44,724 bases of DNA from NCBI GenBank assembly GCA_947627375.1, contig CANQVR010000002.1, forward strand, positions 1-44,724. The letters run 5' to 3'. Positions 1 through 9,609 of this stretch are shown here, piece by piece. Below the pieces are notes generated by a model. That model was not told the DNA's origin, made no database searches, and was given only the letters and a program-made list of their open reading frames with translations. A program made the translations under genes and the position numbers. The stretch's first letter is position 1. The number at the start of each line of letters is the position of its first letter. The stretch comes from an uncultured Bacilli bacterium (GTDB lineage: Bacteria; Bacillota_I; Bacilli_A; RF39; UBA660).

Positions 1-1301
1 GCACTTGTATTCTTATCTATTTCTTTAGTCTCGGCATTATATATACTACATACAGGTCTTGTTGTATCATTTGCTTTAGCATAGTATGTTTTATTTTCAC
101 TTACACTAATTGATGTTCCTGGAGTTTCTCCTGTTTTTTGAGCTTGGTCAGTTGTGAAGTATCCTGGTTTATCATATCCTGTTAATGGTGTTATCTCTGG
201 TAGTGTGATACTACATGAATCTGATGATCCTTCTATATCACAATAGTCACTTTGCTTATCACCTTGGATACTTGCTACTCCACTTCCTTTTTCATATGTT
301 ACTACTACTCTTTTCTTTATATTTATATTAGTTTCTAGTGTAATCTCTTCATTTGTATTATTATACTTATCTTTTACTACTCCTTTATCTATCTTTATTG
401 ATACTTTTCCATTCTTTTCAAATCCATTTAATGTTAGAGTATGTTGTATTCCATTATCTCCTGTTACTTCTGCGGCAGCTATTCCCTCTGTTAACTCTTT
501 CTTTGTAGGTTCTACTTCTTCATTATTTACTAATACATGGACATTATCCTTTGTCATGGTACTTGTTACTGTTCCACTTTCATCTGTACATTTTATATTC
601 ATTGTTATATCTTCATCTTTTGATGGGTTTTCTTTATTTACATTCTCTATTACACATGTTGGGGCTTTTTGATCTTTTGGTATTATCTCTCCTTCTGTTG
701 ATACATCTACTCTTAATTTAAATGTCTTCTCTTCTCCTGTTACATCATAATCTTCTCTTACCCACATTCTTAATCTAAAATATTTTGTTTCTGTTTTATT
801 TGCTACATCTTGATATAATAGTTTTCCTTTTACTTCTTTTCCTTCATCTTCTCTTTTGATATCTTCTAAATCATCAAATGTTGGTACTACTTCTTTATAA
901 TTATCATAAGGGGTATCACTTTGATCTGTTAGATACATCTTTACATACTTTGGATCTAATTTATTTTCTGCATCAGTTGTATCTACTGCATAGACATAAT
1001 ATGGTATTGTTGTATTTCCTCCTAGAGTTGCTTCTACATTAAAATCAAAATATCCTCTTGTTGCATTTTCATCTGTTTCTTTTATTAGTTTCCCTTCATC
1101 ATCTTCCATAGGTAGAGCATTTGATATTTCTATTCCATTTGTTGTTTCATTATAGACAAAGTTTATCTTTCCTGTTGTTACTTTATTTTCTTTTGTTCCT
1201 TCTTTTGAATAGATAAATGCTGCATATGTTACTCCTATTATTACTAATATTAATGACATTGTTAAGACTATACTTATTACCTTCTTACTATTTTCTTTCA
1301 T
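1..1301 (-). CDS. TasA/camelysin-like secreted protein with SipW-type signal/anchor, long C-terminal extension; partial, runs off left edge
   Basis: Open minus-strand frame absent from the ORF track because it has no in-window stop. ATG at 1299-1301 is preceded by a GAGGTG RBS. N-terminus MKENSKKVISIVLTMSLILVIIGVTYAAFIYSKEGTKENKVTTGKINFVYNE is paralogous to 32134..32862 and 32914..33585. Hand translation of several segments found no stops. Confidence 0.55.
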   Translation of the reverse strand, partial: MKENSKKVISIVLTMSLILVIIGVTYAAFIYSKEGTKENKVTTGKINFVYNETTNGIEISNALPMEDDEGKLIKETDENATRGYFDFNVEATLGGNTTIPYYVYAVDTTDAENKLDPKYVKMYLTDQSDTPYDNYKEVVPTFDDLEDIKREDEGKEVKGKLLYQDVANKTETKYFRLRMWVREDYDVTGEEKTFKLRVDVSTEGEIIPKDQKAPTCVIENVNKENPSKDEDITMNIKCTDESGTVTSTMTKDNVHVLVNNEEVEPTKKELTEGIAAAEVTGDNGIQHTLTLNGFEKNGKVSIKIDKGVVKDKYNNTNEEITLETNINIKKRVVVTYEKGSGVASIQGDKQSDYCDIEGSSDSCSITLPEITPLTGYDKPGYFTTDQAQKTGETPGTSISVSENKTYYAKANDTTRPVCSIYNAETKEIDKNTS

Positions 1302-1478
1302 CAAACAACACCTCTTAATCATTACTTATTTTGGATAATACTTTACAGTATTATACTTTTTTATTCTTTCAATATAAATTAATAATTTATACTGGTATTA
1401 ATATTATTAATTTAAAGATTTATAATTTATATATTAACTATTTAGTTAAAAAAAATTAAAGGAAAGAAATAAAATATT

Positions 1479-1748
1479 ATGAAAACAATGGAATTAGTTG
1501 GTCTTAATACCAAATGGTATAGATACCAAAACAAAATAACTCAAGAACAATTTTCAGAAATTACAAATTTTAAAATGTCATACATAAGTCTTATTGAATG
1601 TGGACATACTAATTTAACTTGTAATAACATCGATGTTATTGCCGAAGCTTTAAAGATTGAGGTTATTAAATTATTCGACCCAAAGACAGCACAAAAAGCA
1701 AAAGAATTACCTTTACGTGTTGATCAATACACACCTATTCCAGTTTAA
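1479..1748 (+). CDS. XRE-family helix-turn-helix transcriptional regulator
   Basis: 89 aa. ITQEQFSEITNFKMSYISLIECGHTNLTCNNIDVIAEAL fits the HTH_3 pattern. Divergent from the TasA-like gene. Confidence 0.7.
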   Translation: MKTMELVGLNTKWYRYQNKITQEQFSEITNFKMSYISLIECGHTNLTCNNIDVIAEALKIEVIKLFDPKTAQKAKELPLRVDQYTPIPV

Positions 1749-1870
1749 TTCCTCCCTATCTTATTAAGTTATAAATTAATAATCTATAACTTAATTATAT
1801 CATAGTCAAAAATTATAATTGGTGGAAAAATATGGCAAAAAGAAAAAGAGAATTTTTTTTAGTTCTCTTT

Positions 1871-2383
1871 TTAGGTTTCTAAATAATTTTCTCCTTTATG
1901 CGGCTCTAACCTGAGTAAATCATTAAAATCTTGTTGTCGTAACACTTCATAAATAACAATTGCTGCAGCATTAGATAAATTAAGTGCCCTCACATTTTTA
2001 GTCATCGGTATTCTCATACAATAATCTAAATTATATTTTAATATTTCTTTTGGAATACCAGTTGATTCTTTTCCAAAGATAAAATATAATTCTTTATCTT
2101 CTTCATTCTTATAATCAAAACTAGTATGAGGTTTTTTTCCATATCTCGTAAAGTAATAATAAATACCTTTATTTTTACTTTTAAAGTCCTCAAAATCTTC
2201 ATACACATAATATTCTAGCTTATCTATATAATTTACTCCACTTCTTTTTAAATACTTATCCGAAAGTGAAAAACCTAAAGGTTTTATTAAATGAAGTCTC
2301 GTATTAGTTGCGACACATGTTCTCATAATATTACCAGTATTTCCTGGTATTTCAGGTTCGTATAAGACGATGTTATTCATCAT
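1871..2383 (-). CDS. trmL: tRNA (cytidine/uridine-2'-O)-methyltransferase TrmL (SpoU/TrmH family)
   Basis: LYEPEIPGNTGNIMRTCVATNTRLHLIKPLGFSLSDKYLKRSGVNY closely matches the TrmL/CspR N-terminal motif; length about 170 aa. Confidence 0.75.
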   Translation of the reverse strand: MMNNIVLYEPEIPGNTGNIMRTCVATNTRLHLIKPLGFSLSDKYLKRSGVNYIDKLEYYVYEDFEDFKSKNKGIYYYFTRYGKKPHTSFDYKNEEDKELYFIFGKESTGIPKEILKYNLDYCMRIPMTKNVRALNLSNAAAIVIYEVLRQQDFNDLLRLEPHKGENYLET

Positions 2384-2903
2384 CTACTCCTACTTCATAA
2401 TATTCTAAAAAGGCTTTAGTTTTACTAATACTTAAAGGTTTATCTTTACTACCTTGTAATATATCAACTACTTCATTATCTTTTAAGATAATGAAAGCAG
2501 GATATGAAGTTGTAAGTTCTTTTTTGTAAGGATATTTATCATTAAACTCATCTACAAATCTATAAAGATCTACATCACTCAAATTAACATAAGTAATATT
2601 ATTTGTTAATCCTTCTTCGACAAGAAGTGGTTTTAATTTTTTCTCATAATTACGACACACTTCATCACTAGCAGTACATAAATACATTACAACACTAGGA
2701 TTCTCAGTAATATAATGATCTATTTCCGTATATCCAATCTCTGGTAGTGTATCACGAATAATTGGAGTTTGTTTATTATATTCGGAAACCGCAATATACT
2801 TATTAGCTATAAAATACAAAATTAAAATTGTACCTAGAAAAAGACATATTAAAATAATATAATTCTTTACTGGTATCTTTTTTTCGTGTTTTAATTTCAT
2901 CAT
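2373..2903 (-). CDS. Membrane-anchored thioredoxin-fold-like protein (hypothetical)
   Basis: Start moved to the MMKLK Met at 2903, which has an AGGAG RBS; the track ORF is 5'-extended. One N-terminal TM helix, then a Trx-like-sized domain without a CXXC motif. Confidence 0.4.
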   Translation of the reverse strand: MMKLKHEKKIPVKNYIILICLFLGTILILYFIANKYIAVSEYNKQTPIIRDTLPEIGYTEIDHYITENPSVVMYLCTASDEVCRNYEKKLKPLLVEEGLTNNITYVNLSDVDLYRFVDEFNDKYPYKKELTTSYPAFIILKDNEVVDILQGSKDKPLSISKTKAFLEYYEVGVDDE

Positions 2904-2980
2904 CAACAACTCCTTTTCTATTATTAGTTTACCACGAAATATAAATATATGTAACATAAATTTAGTAACTAGTGTAAAAT

Positions 2981-5900
2981 CTAGAATAAAGATAATTGAT
3001 TAGATTCATCCATTCCTTCGAATATTCCCATCTCACGCATTTTTTCTACTAATGTTTTAGAAATTTTACCACGATTAGAAACATCCTCTATACTTATAAA
3101 TTTTTGCTGACTTCTTGCTTTTACTAGTTGTTTAGCAGCAGTAATTCCTAGACCATCAATAGTAGAAAATGGTGGTATTAAGGTATTTTCATGTTCTTTA
3201 TCGATAATAAATTTAGTAGCTTCACTTTTTTCGATATCTATATTTGCAAATTTAAATCCACGAGCTGTCGCCTCTAAGGCTATTTTTAATGATTCTAATA
3301 TTCCTGTTTCTTTATTTGTAGCCTCATATCCTTTAGCAACTATATCTTCTATTTTTTGTTTGATGGAACTACGTCCTTTTATCATTGTTTCAATATCAAA
3401 ATCAGTTATACGAACTGAAAAAAATGCAGCATAATAATTTAAAGGTTGATGTACTTTAAACCAAGCTATTCTAAGGGCACTCATAACGTAAGCACAAGCA
3501 TGAGCTTTTGGGAACATATATTTAATTTTATGACAAGATTCGATATACCATTCAGGAATATTTGCTTTTTGCATAATTTCAACATATTTTTGCCAAGTAT
3601 CAGGATCCCCACTTGCTCGCCCTTTACGAACAAACTCCATTATCTTAAATGCTTGTAATGGTTCTACTCCCCAATTTATTAAAGATACCATAATATCATC
3701 ACGACAACCGATAACTTCTTTAAATGGAACTATCTTATTTTTAATAAGTTCTGAGGCATTTCCTGTCCATACATCAGTACCATGTGAAAGTCCTGAAATT
3801 TTTACTAGTTCAGAAAATGTTTTCGGTTTAGTTTCTTCAAGCATTCCAATGACAAATTTAGTACCGAGTTCTGGAAGTCCAAGTGTTCCTGTTTTACACA
3901 TTATGTCATCTTCTTTTACTCCTAAAGATTTTGGTGAACATAAAAGTTCAAAGACTAAAGGATCATCCATCGGAAGTTCAGTAACATCTAGTCCAGAAAG
4001 ATCTTCTAACATTCTAAGGACAGTCGGATCATCGTGACCTAGTATATCAAGTTTTAAAACATCTTGATCGATAGCATGATAATCAAAGTGAGTTGTCCTC
4101 CATAAAGAAGTATTATCATCAGCAGGATACTGGAAAGGTGTAAAATCAAAGACATCCATATAACCTGGAATAACGACAATTCCTCCTGGATGTTGACCTG
4201 TCGTTCTTTTAACACCAGTACAACCTATTGCCAGTCTTTCAACTTCGGCATTTCTAACATCTTCGATACCTTTATCTTCAAAATAACCTTTGACAAAACC
4301 AAAAGCAGTTTTCTCAGCTACAGTACCGATAGTCCCAGCACGATAAACATTATCAATTCCAAATAACTCTTTAGTATATTCGTGAGCTTTCCATTGATAT
4401 TCTCCTGAAAAATTAAGATCGATATCGGGAACTTTATCAGCATTAAAACCAAGGAAAGTTGCAAAAGGCATATCTTGTCCTTCTTTTGTTAAGCATTCCC
4501 CACACTTTGGACATACTTTATCAGGAAGATCATAACCTGATGAATATTCTAAAGCATAAGCTTTACCAGCCTCATCTTCAAACTCAGAATATTTACACTT
4601 TTTACATAAATAATGAGCAGGAAGAGGATTAACTTCTGTAATTCCCATCATCGTCGCTACAAAAGATGACCCAACCGAACCACGTGAACCGACAATATAT
4701 CCATCATCATTACTTTTTTTAACTAGTTTTTGAGCAATCAAATAAATAACATCAAAACCTCCCCCAATAATACCGGAAAGTTCTTCTTCTATTCTCTTTT
4801 CGATATTTTTAGGAAGTACATCTCCATACATTAAATGAGCTTTATTATAAACCATATCTTTAACTTCTTGTTCAGAGTTTTCTATCTTAGGTGAAAAAGG
4901 AACTCCACCTGTATCTATAATTACTTCTACTTCTTCAATCATATTTGCGATTTTATTTGGATTATCAATAACAATCTCACGTGCTAAGCTCTCATCTAAA
5001 AAGTTAAAATCATCAAGCATCTCATCAGTCGTTCTAAAATGATTAGAAGGAATCTCATTTATCCCTTTTCTCGCAAGAGGATGACGTCCTCCTCCAGGTA
5101 CTTTTTGATTGACGATTATCTCTCTAAATATTTTATCATCTCTATTAATATGATGAACATCTCCTGTTGCGACAATTATTTTACCAGCATCACGAGTTAC
5201 TCTAATTATTTTCTTTAAATGTTCTGAAAGTTCTAATTCATTTACAAAGTCTCCTGTTTGAATTAAATGATTATAACATTCTAATGGTTGTACTTCTACA
5301 TAATCATAAAATCTAACGATATTAGCTAACTCTTCTTCAGTTTTACTTTTAGCCATCGTAAATACTTCACTTTCATAACATCCACTACCAATTAAAAGTC
5401 CTTCTCGATATTTCTCTACTTCACTTCTAAGTATTCTAGGTGTCTTATAAAGATAAGTAGTATTAGCATATGACACTAATTTAAATAAATTCTTAAGTCC
5501 TGTTTTATTTTTTACTAATATATTAATATGATGCATACGTCCAAATTTATGAATATCATCATGGGATATCATTTCTAATAATTGATCCATTTTTTCTATA
5601 TTACGATTAGAAAGTTTCTTTAACATTTTATAAAATACTAAAGCTGTTCCTTCAGCATCGTAATCTCCTCGATGATGATGTTCCTCATCCCAAGGTATTT
5701 CATAACGTTTAACAAGTGCTGAAAGTGAGTGCCTTGCATAGTTAGTATCTAGTGTCCTTGAAAGTTCTAAAGTATCTATAATAGGATTAGTAACTTTTCC
5801 TAAACCATATTTTTTATAAGCCATCTCTAAAAATGAGGTATCAAATTTAGCATTATGCGCAACAAGAGGAAAATCTTCTATAAAATCTTTAAATCTTTTA

Positions 5901-7360
5901 ACTGCATTTTCTTCATTATCTTTATCCTCAAGCATCTCATCAGTAATACTAGTAACTTCTACTATTTTTCTAGGTAATTTTCTACCAGGATTGATAAGTT
6001 CATCATATCTTTCGATTATTTCACCATTTTTCATTTTAACGGCACCAATTTCAATAATAGAATCAGCTCCACCAGCATTAAAACCAGTTGTTTCTAAATC
6101 GAAAACTATATAAGTCTCATCTAACATCACATTTCGATTAGGACGTATAACTACATCTACATTATCATCGATCATCGAAAGTTCTGTTCCATAAATTACT
6201 GTAAATTTATCTTCTTCTTTTTTCTTTTTATTATATGATTTTACAAAGTTAAAAACATGCGGAAAAGCCTGAACACCATTATGATCAGTTATCGCAATAG
6301 CTTTATGCCCAAAATCAATAGCTTGTTTTACAAGTTCAATTTCATCACACACTCCATCCATCTGACTCATTTTCGTATGAGTATGTAACTCAACTCTTTT
6401 AACATCACTATTATCAACACGTTTTTCTTCAACTCGTTCAAGTTTTTCAATATCTCTCGCATTAAGTACTAACTCTTTAGCATAATTATCATTTCTAGAA
6501 TATCCTCTAATCCTATACCAAGTATTTTTCTTAAGTTCTTTTTTAAGTCTTTGATATTCTTTATCATTTCTCACAAAAACTTTACAATAAATACTATCAG
6601 TATAATCAGTTATCTTTAAAGTAATAATCTTAAAATCAGTCTTATTAGATTCAAAATATTCAATTCCAAAGATAACTCCCTCAACTATAATATTATTATC
6701 TTCTCCAAGTAACATCCTAATAGGAATACTTTTTCCTTTTATATGTTTTCCTAAAACCATTCCTTCTTCATTAACAGGTTTAAAATTTTTATTTTTCTTA
6801 GAATTATTCTCTATCTTACTTTTTTCTTTTTTTATTTCAATATCTTTAAAATTATATTTTTCTTTTTCTATTTCTTCTAAAATATTATTTTTACTTTCTA
6901 ATATGATAGGAATTTCTTTAGTATATCCAAATTTTTTATAAAAAGAGGAAATATCAGTTAATACTTTTTTTAGTTTCTCTTCTTCTTTTTTTAATTCGAC
7001 TACTAAAATTAATGAATCATCTTCTATTTGTAAACTATCTTGAAATAAAGAAATAATCTTTAATTTATCTTTTAATTTTTTTAAAAGATAAGGAAAATAA
7101 CTTTTAAGTATTTCTAAGTCTAAATTATCTACCTTATAAATAATATCTATCTTATCAATAGCAGGATCTATATTAAATTTATCTTCTTCTAAAGCTTCGA
7201 TTACTTTTATAGGAAAAAGAGTTTTATTTTTTATTATAAATTTATAACTATCCCTCTTTTTACTCACGACAATCTTTTCAAGTATAGCATCTTCAAAATA
7301 AGTATACATTTCCTCATCTATTTTAAATTTATCTAAAAGTAATTTAATATTTTTTTCCAT
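2981..7360 (-). CDS. polC: DNA polymerase III alpha subunit, Gram-positive PolC type
   Basis: 1459 aa. Has a PHP domain (VELHTHTKMSQMDG), an inserted DEDD exonuclease (FDLETTG ... HNAKFDTSFL), a zinc-finger CKKC...CPKC, the polymerase core and a C-terminal HhH. Confidence 0.97.
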   Translation of the reverse strand: MEKNIKLLLDKFKIDEEMYTYFEDAILEKIVVSKKRDSYKFIIKNKTLFPIKVIEALEEDKFNIDPAIDKIDIIYKVDNLDLEILKSYFPYLLKKLKDKLKIISLFQDSLQIEDDSLILVVELKKEEEKLKKVLTDISSFYKKFGYTKEIPIILESKNNILEEIEKEKYNFKDIEIKKEKSKIENNSKKNKNFKPVNEEGMVLGKHIKGKSIPIRMLLGEDNNIIVEGVIFGIEYFESNKTDFKIITLKITDYTDSIYCKVFVRNDKEYQRLKKELKKNTWYRIRGYSRNDNYAKELVLNARDIEKLERVEEKRVDNSDVKRVELHTHTKMSQMDGVCDEIELVKQAIDFGHKAIAITDHNGVQAFPHVFNFVKSYNKKKKEEDKFTVIYGTELSMIDDNVDVVIRPNRNVMLDETYIVFDLETTGFNAGGADSIIEIGAVKMKNGEIIERYDELINPGRKLPRKIVEVTSITDEMLEDKDNEENAVKRFKDFIEDFPLVAHNAKFDTSFLEMAYKKYGLGKVTNPIIDTLELSRTLDTNYARHSLSALVKRYEIPWDEEHHHRGDYDAEGTALVFYKMLKKLSNRNIEKMDQLLEMISHDDIHKFGRMHHINILVKNKTGLKNLFKLVSYANTTYLYKTPRILRSEVEKYREGLLIGSGCYESEVFTMAKSKTEEELANIVRFYDYVEVQPLECYNHLIQTGDFVNELELSEHLKKIIRVTRDAGKIIVATGDVHHINRDDKIFREIIVNQKVPGGGRHPLARKGINEIPSNHFRTTDEMLDDFNFLDESLAREIVIDNPNKIANMIEEVEVIIDTGGVPFSPKIENSEQEVKDMVYNKAHLMYGDVLPKNIEKRIEEELSGIIGGGFDVIYLIAQKLVKKSNDDGYIVGSRGSVGSSFVATMMGITEVNPLPAHYLCKKCKYSEFEDEAGKAYALEYSSGYDLPDKVCPKCGECLTKEGQDMPFATFLGFNADKVPDIDLNFSGEYQWKAHEYTKELFGIDNVYRAGTIGTVAEKTAFGFVKGYFEDKGIEDVRNAEVERLAIGCTGVKRTTGQHPGGIVVIPGYMDVFDFTPFQYPADDNTSLWRTTHFDYHAIDQDVLKLDILGHDDPTVLRMLEDLSGLDVTELPMDDPLVFELLCSPKSLGVKEDDIMCKTGTLGLPELGTKFVIGMLEETKPKTFSELVKISGLSHGTDVWTGNASELIKNKIVPFKEVIGCRDDIMVSLINWGVEPLQAFKIMEFVRKGRASGDPDTWQKYVEIMQKANIPEWYIESCHKIKYMFPKAHACAYVMSALRIAWFKVHQPLNYYAAFFSVRITDFDIETMIKGRSSIKQKIEDIVAKGYEATNKETGILESLKIALEATARGFKFANIDIEKSEATKFIIDKEHENTLIPPFSTIDGLGITAAKQLVKARSQQKFISIEDVSNRGKISKTLVEKMREMGIFEGMDESNQLSLF

Positions 7361-7401
7361 GCTACTACCTCCTGAAAAGAAAAAGTTTCATCGTAGAAAC
7401 T

Positions 7402-8235
7402 TTAGATAATTTCCAATTCATCTATTTTTAAAATATGTTTTTGATTCTTAATACAAAAATCTATAAAAGTATATAAATCTACTTTTCTAAGTTGTTTTTC
7501 ATACGTGTATTTAGAAACATCAAAAACTATTTTATCACGTTTCATATATTTTACTAAGTCATCTTTTTTAACACCTAAATACATAAGCCAATATGGATAT
7601 ATTTGCGTCTTTAAAAATTTAAGTGACTCTTCTCCTGATAAATATTTACTCTTACCAGTAATACGAGTGGCAAACTCGTTTAGTACCGCAAGTTCAGCTA
7701 CAGCTTTAACTATATCTTGATAATCTTTTTTAAAATCTTTAAGTTCTCTTTTAATAATTTCAAAAACTATATGCATCAAATTAGCTACTTCAGTTTTATG
7801 TTTAGAACCAAGAGTTAAAGTATTAACCTTAGAAACTGGTGGTTTGGTTACTGTAGAACACTTAAGTTTAGGTGTTATTACCAAAACTTGATATTGTTTT
7901 ATATCGATACGTAAAATATCTTTTAACTCTTTAATAGTTTGTTTTTTATATTTATCCCACATCTTAACTAAATAAACTCTATATTCTTCAGTTGCTTTTT
8001 TTAAATCTTTATAACCACTATAATCCATCATCAAATTATAAACAGTATCATCCCTCGGAATAAAATTTTTCGGATCTTTAAGAATAAGTTCATAATCACT
8101 ATAAGTTAAATTGTATTCTTTTTTATAACTTTGCCATAATTTTTGTTTATATCTATGTATATTTTCAGATATAGAAGCTTGAAATAACAAGTTCCAAATA
8201 AGTACATAATCATTTACTACAAATTTTAAGTTCAA
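7402..8235 (-). CDS. Hypothetical protein
   Basis: 277-aa ORF directly downstream of polC. No motif recognised. Confidence 0.5.
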   Translation of the reverse strand: MNLKFVVNDYVLIWNLLFQASISENIHRYKQKLWQSYKKEYNLTYSDYELILKDPKNFIPRDDTVYNLMMDYSGYKDLKKATEEYRVYLVKMWDKYKKQTIKELKDILRIDIKQYQVLVITPKLKCSTVTKPPVSKVNTLTLGSKHKTEVANLMHIVFEIIKRELKDFKKDYQDIVKAVAELAVLNEFATRITGKSKYLSGEESLKFLKTQIYPYWLMYLGVKKDDLVKYMKRDKIVFDVSKYTYEKQLRKVDLYTFIDFCIKNQKHILKIDELEII

Positions 8236-8333
8236 CTAAATCACATCCTGACATTTCTTCTCTATATAAAATATATCATAAGAAAAAAAATTTGAAAAGG
8301 ACTTAAAAGAAAAAAGCAACAAAATATTGTTGT

Positions 8334-9209
8334 TTAAAAAGTCTTAACTAGAAAATAAATAGCTGTTATAATTCCACATACTAATATTAAAACTAAACCT
8401 ATTTTTAAAGCTCCCATTAATTTAGAAGGCCTATCTTCCATTCCACTAAAATTAAAATCTTTATCAGATAGATCCATCGATTTAGTATAAAAAGATTTAT
8501 CCATATCTTTTAATATATCAGAATCAGTCTTACTACTTGTTTCTTTAGCTTTAATGATATCTACTTTCTTTAAAGTATCTTGATCTAAAATATCTTTACT
8601 AAAATTAAGTTTAGTATCATTACTAGGTATTTGATCTTCTAAGTTACTAGTCATAAGTTCACTTAATAAATCTACACTAGTAGCTTGATCGATTTCTCCT
8701 TTTAAAGTTTTAGAAGTAATCGTATCGATTAAATCTCTTAACTCTTCTTCATCAGGATTATTTTTACTTTCTCTTTCTTTACGATAATTTTCAAGCTCAC
8801 TTGGATTCAAGCTCGCCAAAATATTATAATTAGTATTTTTAAGTTTACGTTTTTTATCTAATTCATCGACATCTACTCTCGTATCTCTTGCTTCTTCTAA
8901 AATACGATTAATATCATATACTCTATTTTCATGATCTTGATATAAATGATTAAAATCATCTAATTCTTTTTTTACTCTTGGAGGTGGAGCAATTTCACTA
9001 TAGTCTTTATATTGATGATAGCCTTCTCTAGTTCTATAGTTTCTTTTTGCGGCATTTAAATCTATCGCATCTACTTGACTTATATCAGTAAAATTAGTAT
9101 ATTTTGTATTTTTACCTATATTACTATATAAATTTTGATTGCGACTAGAACGACGTGATGTTAAAGAATTGTTCTCTTGTGAACCATATCTATCCATACG
9201 ACTTGGCAT
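8334..9209 (-). CDS. Hypothetical tail-anchored membrane protein
   Basis: Start set at MPSRMDRY (ATG 9207-9209, GGAGG RBS). Charged, low-complexity body with a single C-terminal TM helix, LKIGLVLILVCGIITAIYFLV. Confidence 0.5.
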   Translation of the reverse strand: MPSRMDRYGSQENNSLTSRRSSRNQNLYSNIGKNTKYTNFTDISQVDAIDLNAAKRNYRTREGYHQYKDYSEIAPPPRVKKELDDFNHLYQDHENRVYDINRILEEARDTRVDVDELDKKRKLKNTNYNILASLNPSELENYRKERESKNNPDEEELRDLIDTITSKTLKGEIDQATSVDLLSELMTSNLEDQIPSNDTKLNFSKDILDQDTLKKVDIIKAKETSSKTDSDILKDMDKSFYTKSMDLSDKDFNFSGMEDRPSKLMGALKIGLVLILVCGIITAIYFLVKTF

Positions 9210-9330
9210 ATTTTTACCTCCAATCTTACTATAAGTGTAACATATTGTCGAAAAAAACAAAAGAAAGTAATTAACTATTTACGTAAAATCTTTTTTAGTT
9301 TATAATAAAAGTGTAAAGGAGAAGTTAAAA

Positions 9331-9519
9331 ATGAAAGTAAAAGTAAATGAAGATGCTTGTATCGGCTGCGGTGCTTGTGTTGCGATTGCTGATGATATTT
9401 TTCAAATCAATGATGAAGGATTATCAACTGCAACAAGTGAAAAGTTAGACGATAGTCAAGCTGATAAAGCTCGTGAAGCTATTGAATCATGCCCAACTGG
9501 GGCTATAGAAGAAAAATAA
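9331..9519 (+). CDS. Small single-cluster ferredoxin
   Basis: 62 aa. CIGCGACVAIA ... ESCPTGAI cysteine pattern; AGGAG RBS. Confidence 0.85.
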   Translation: MKVKVNEDACIGCGACVAIADDIFQINDEGLSTATSEKLDDSQADKAREAIESCPTGAIEEK

Positions 9520-9521
9520 AA

Positions 9522-9555
9522 AAATTCAAGTTAACCTTTCTTGAATTTTTTTATT
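9522..9555 (+). terminator. Rho-independent terminator, possibly bidirectional (ferredoxin / thrS)
   Basis: ATTCAAG-N9-CTTGAAT stem followed by a T-run and preceded by an A-run. Confidence 0.5.
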
Positions 9556-9609
9556 TTCTGATAATATTGTAACTTCTTTTCTTATTTTAAAATTATTTCT
9601 ACTCATAAC

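Noticed and set aside
3446-4037. Plus-strand ORFs 3446..3658 and 3849..4037 inside polC
   Set aside because: These are antisense shadow ORFs within a confidently called essential gene. They have no RBS and biased Ser/Phe composition.
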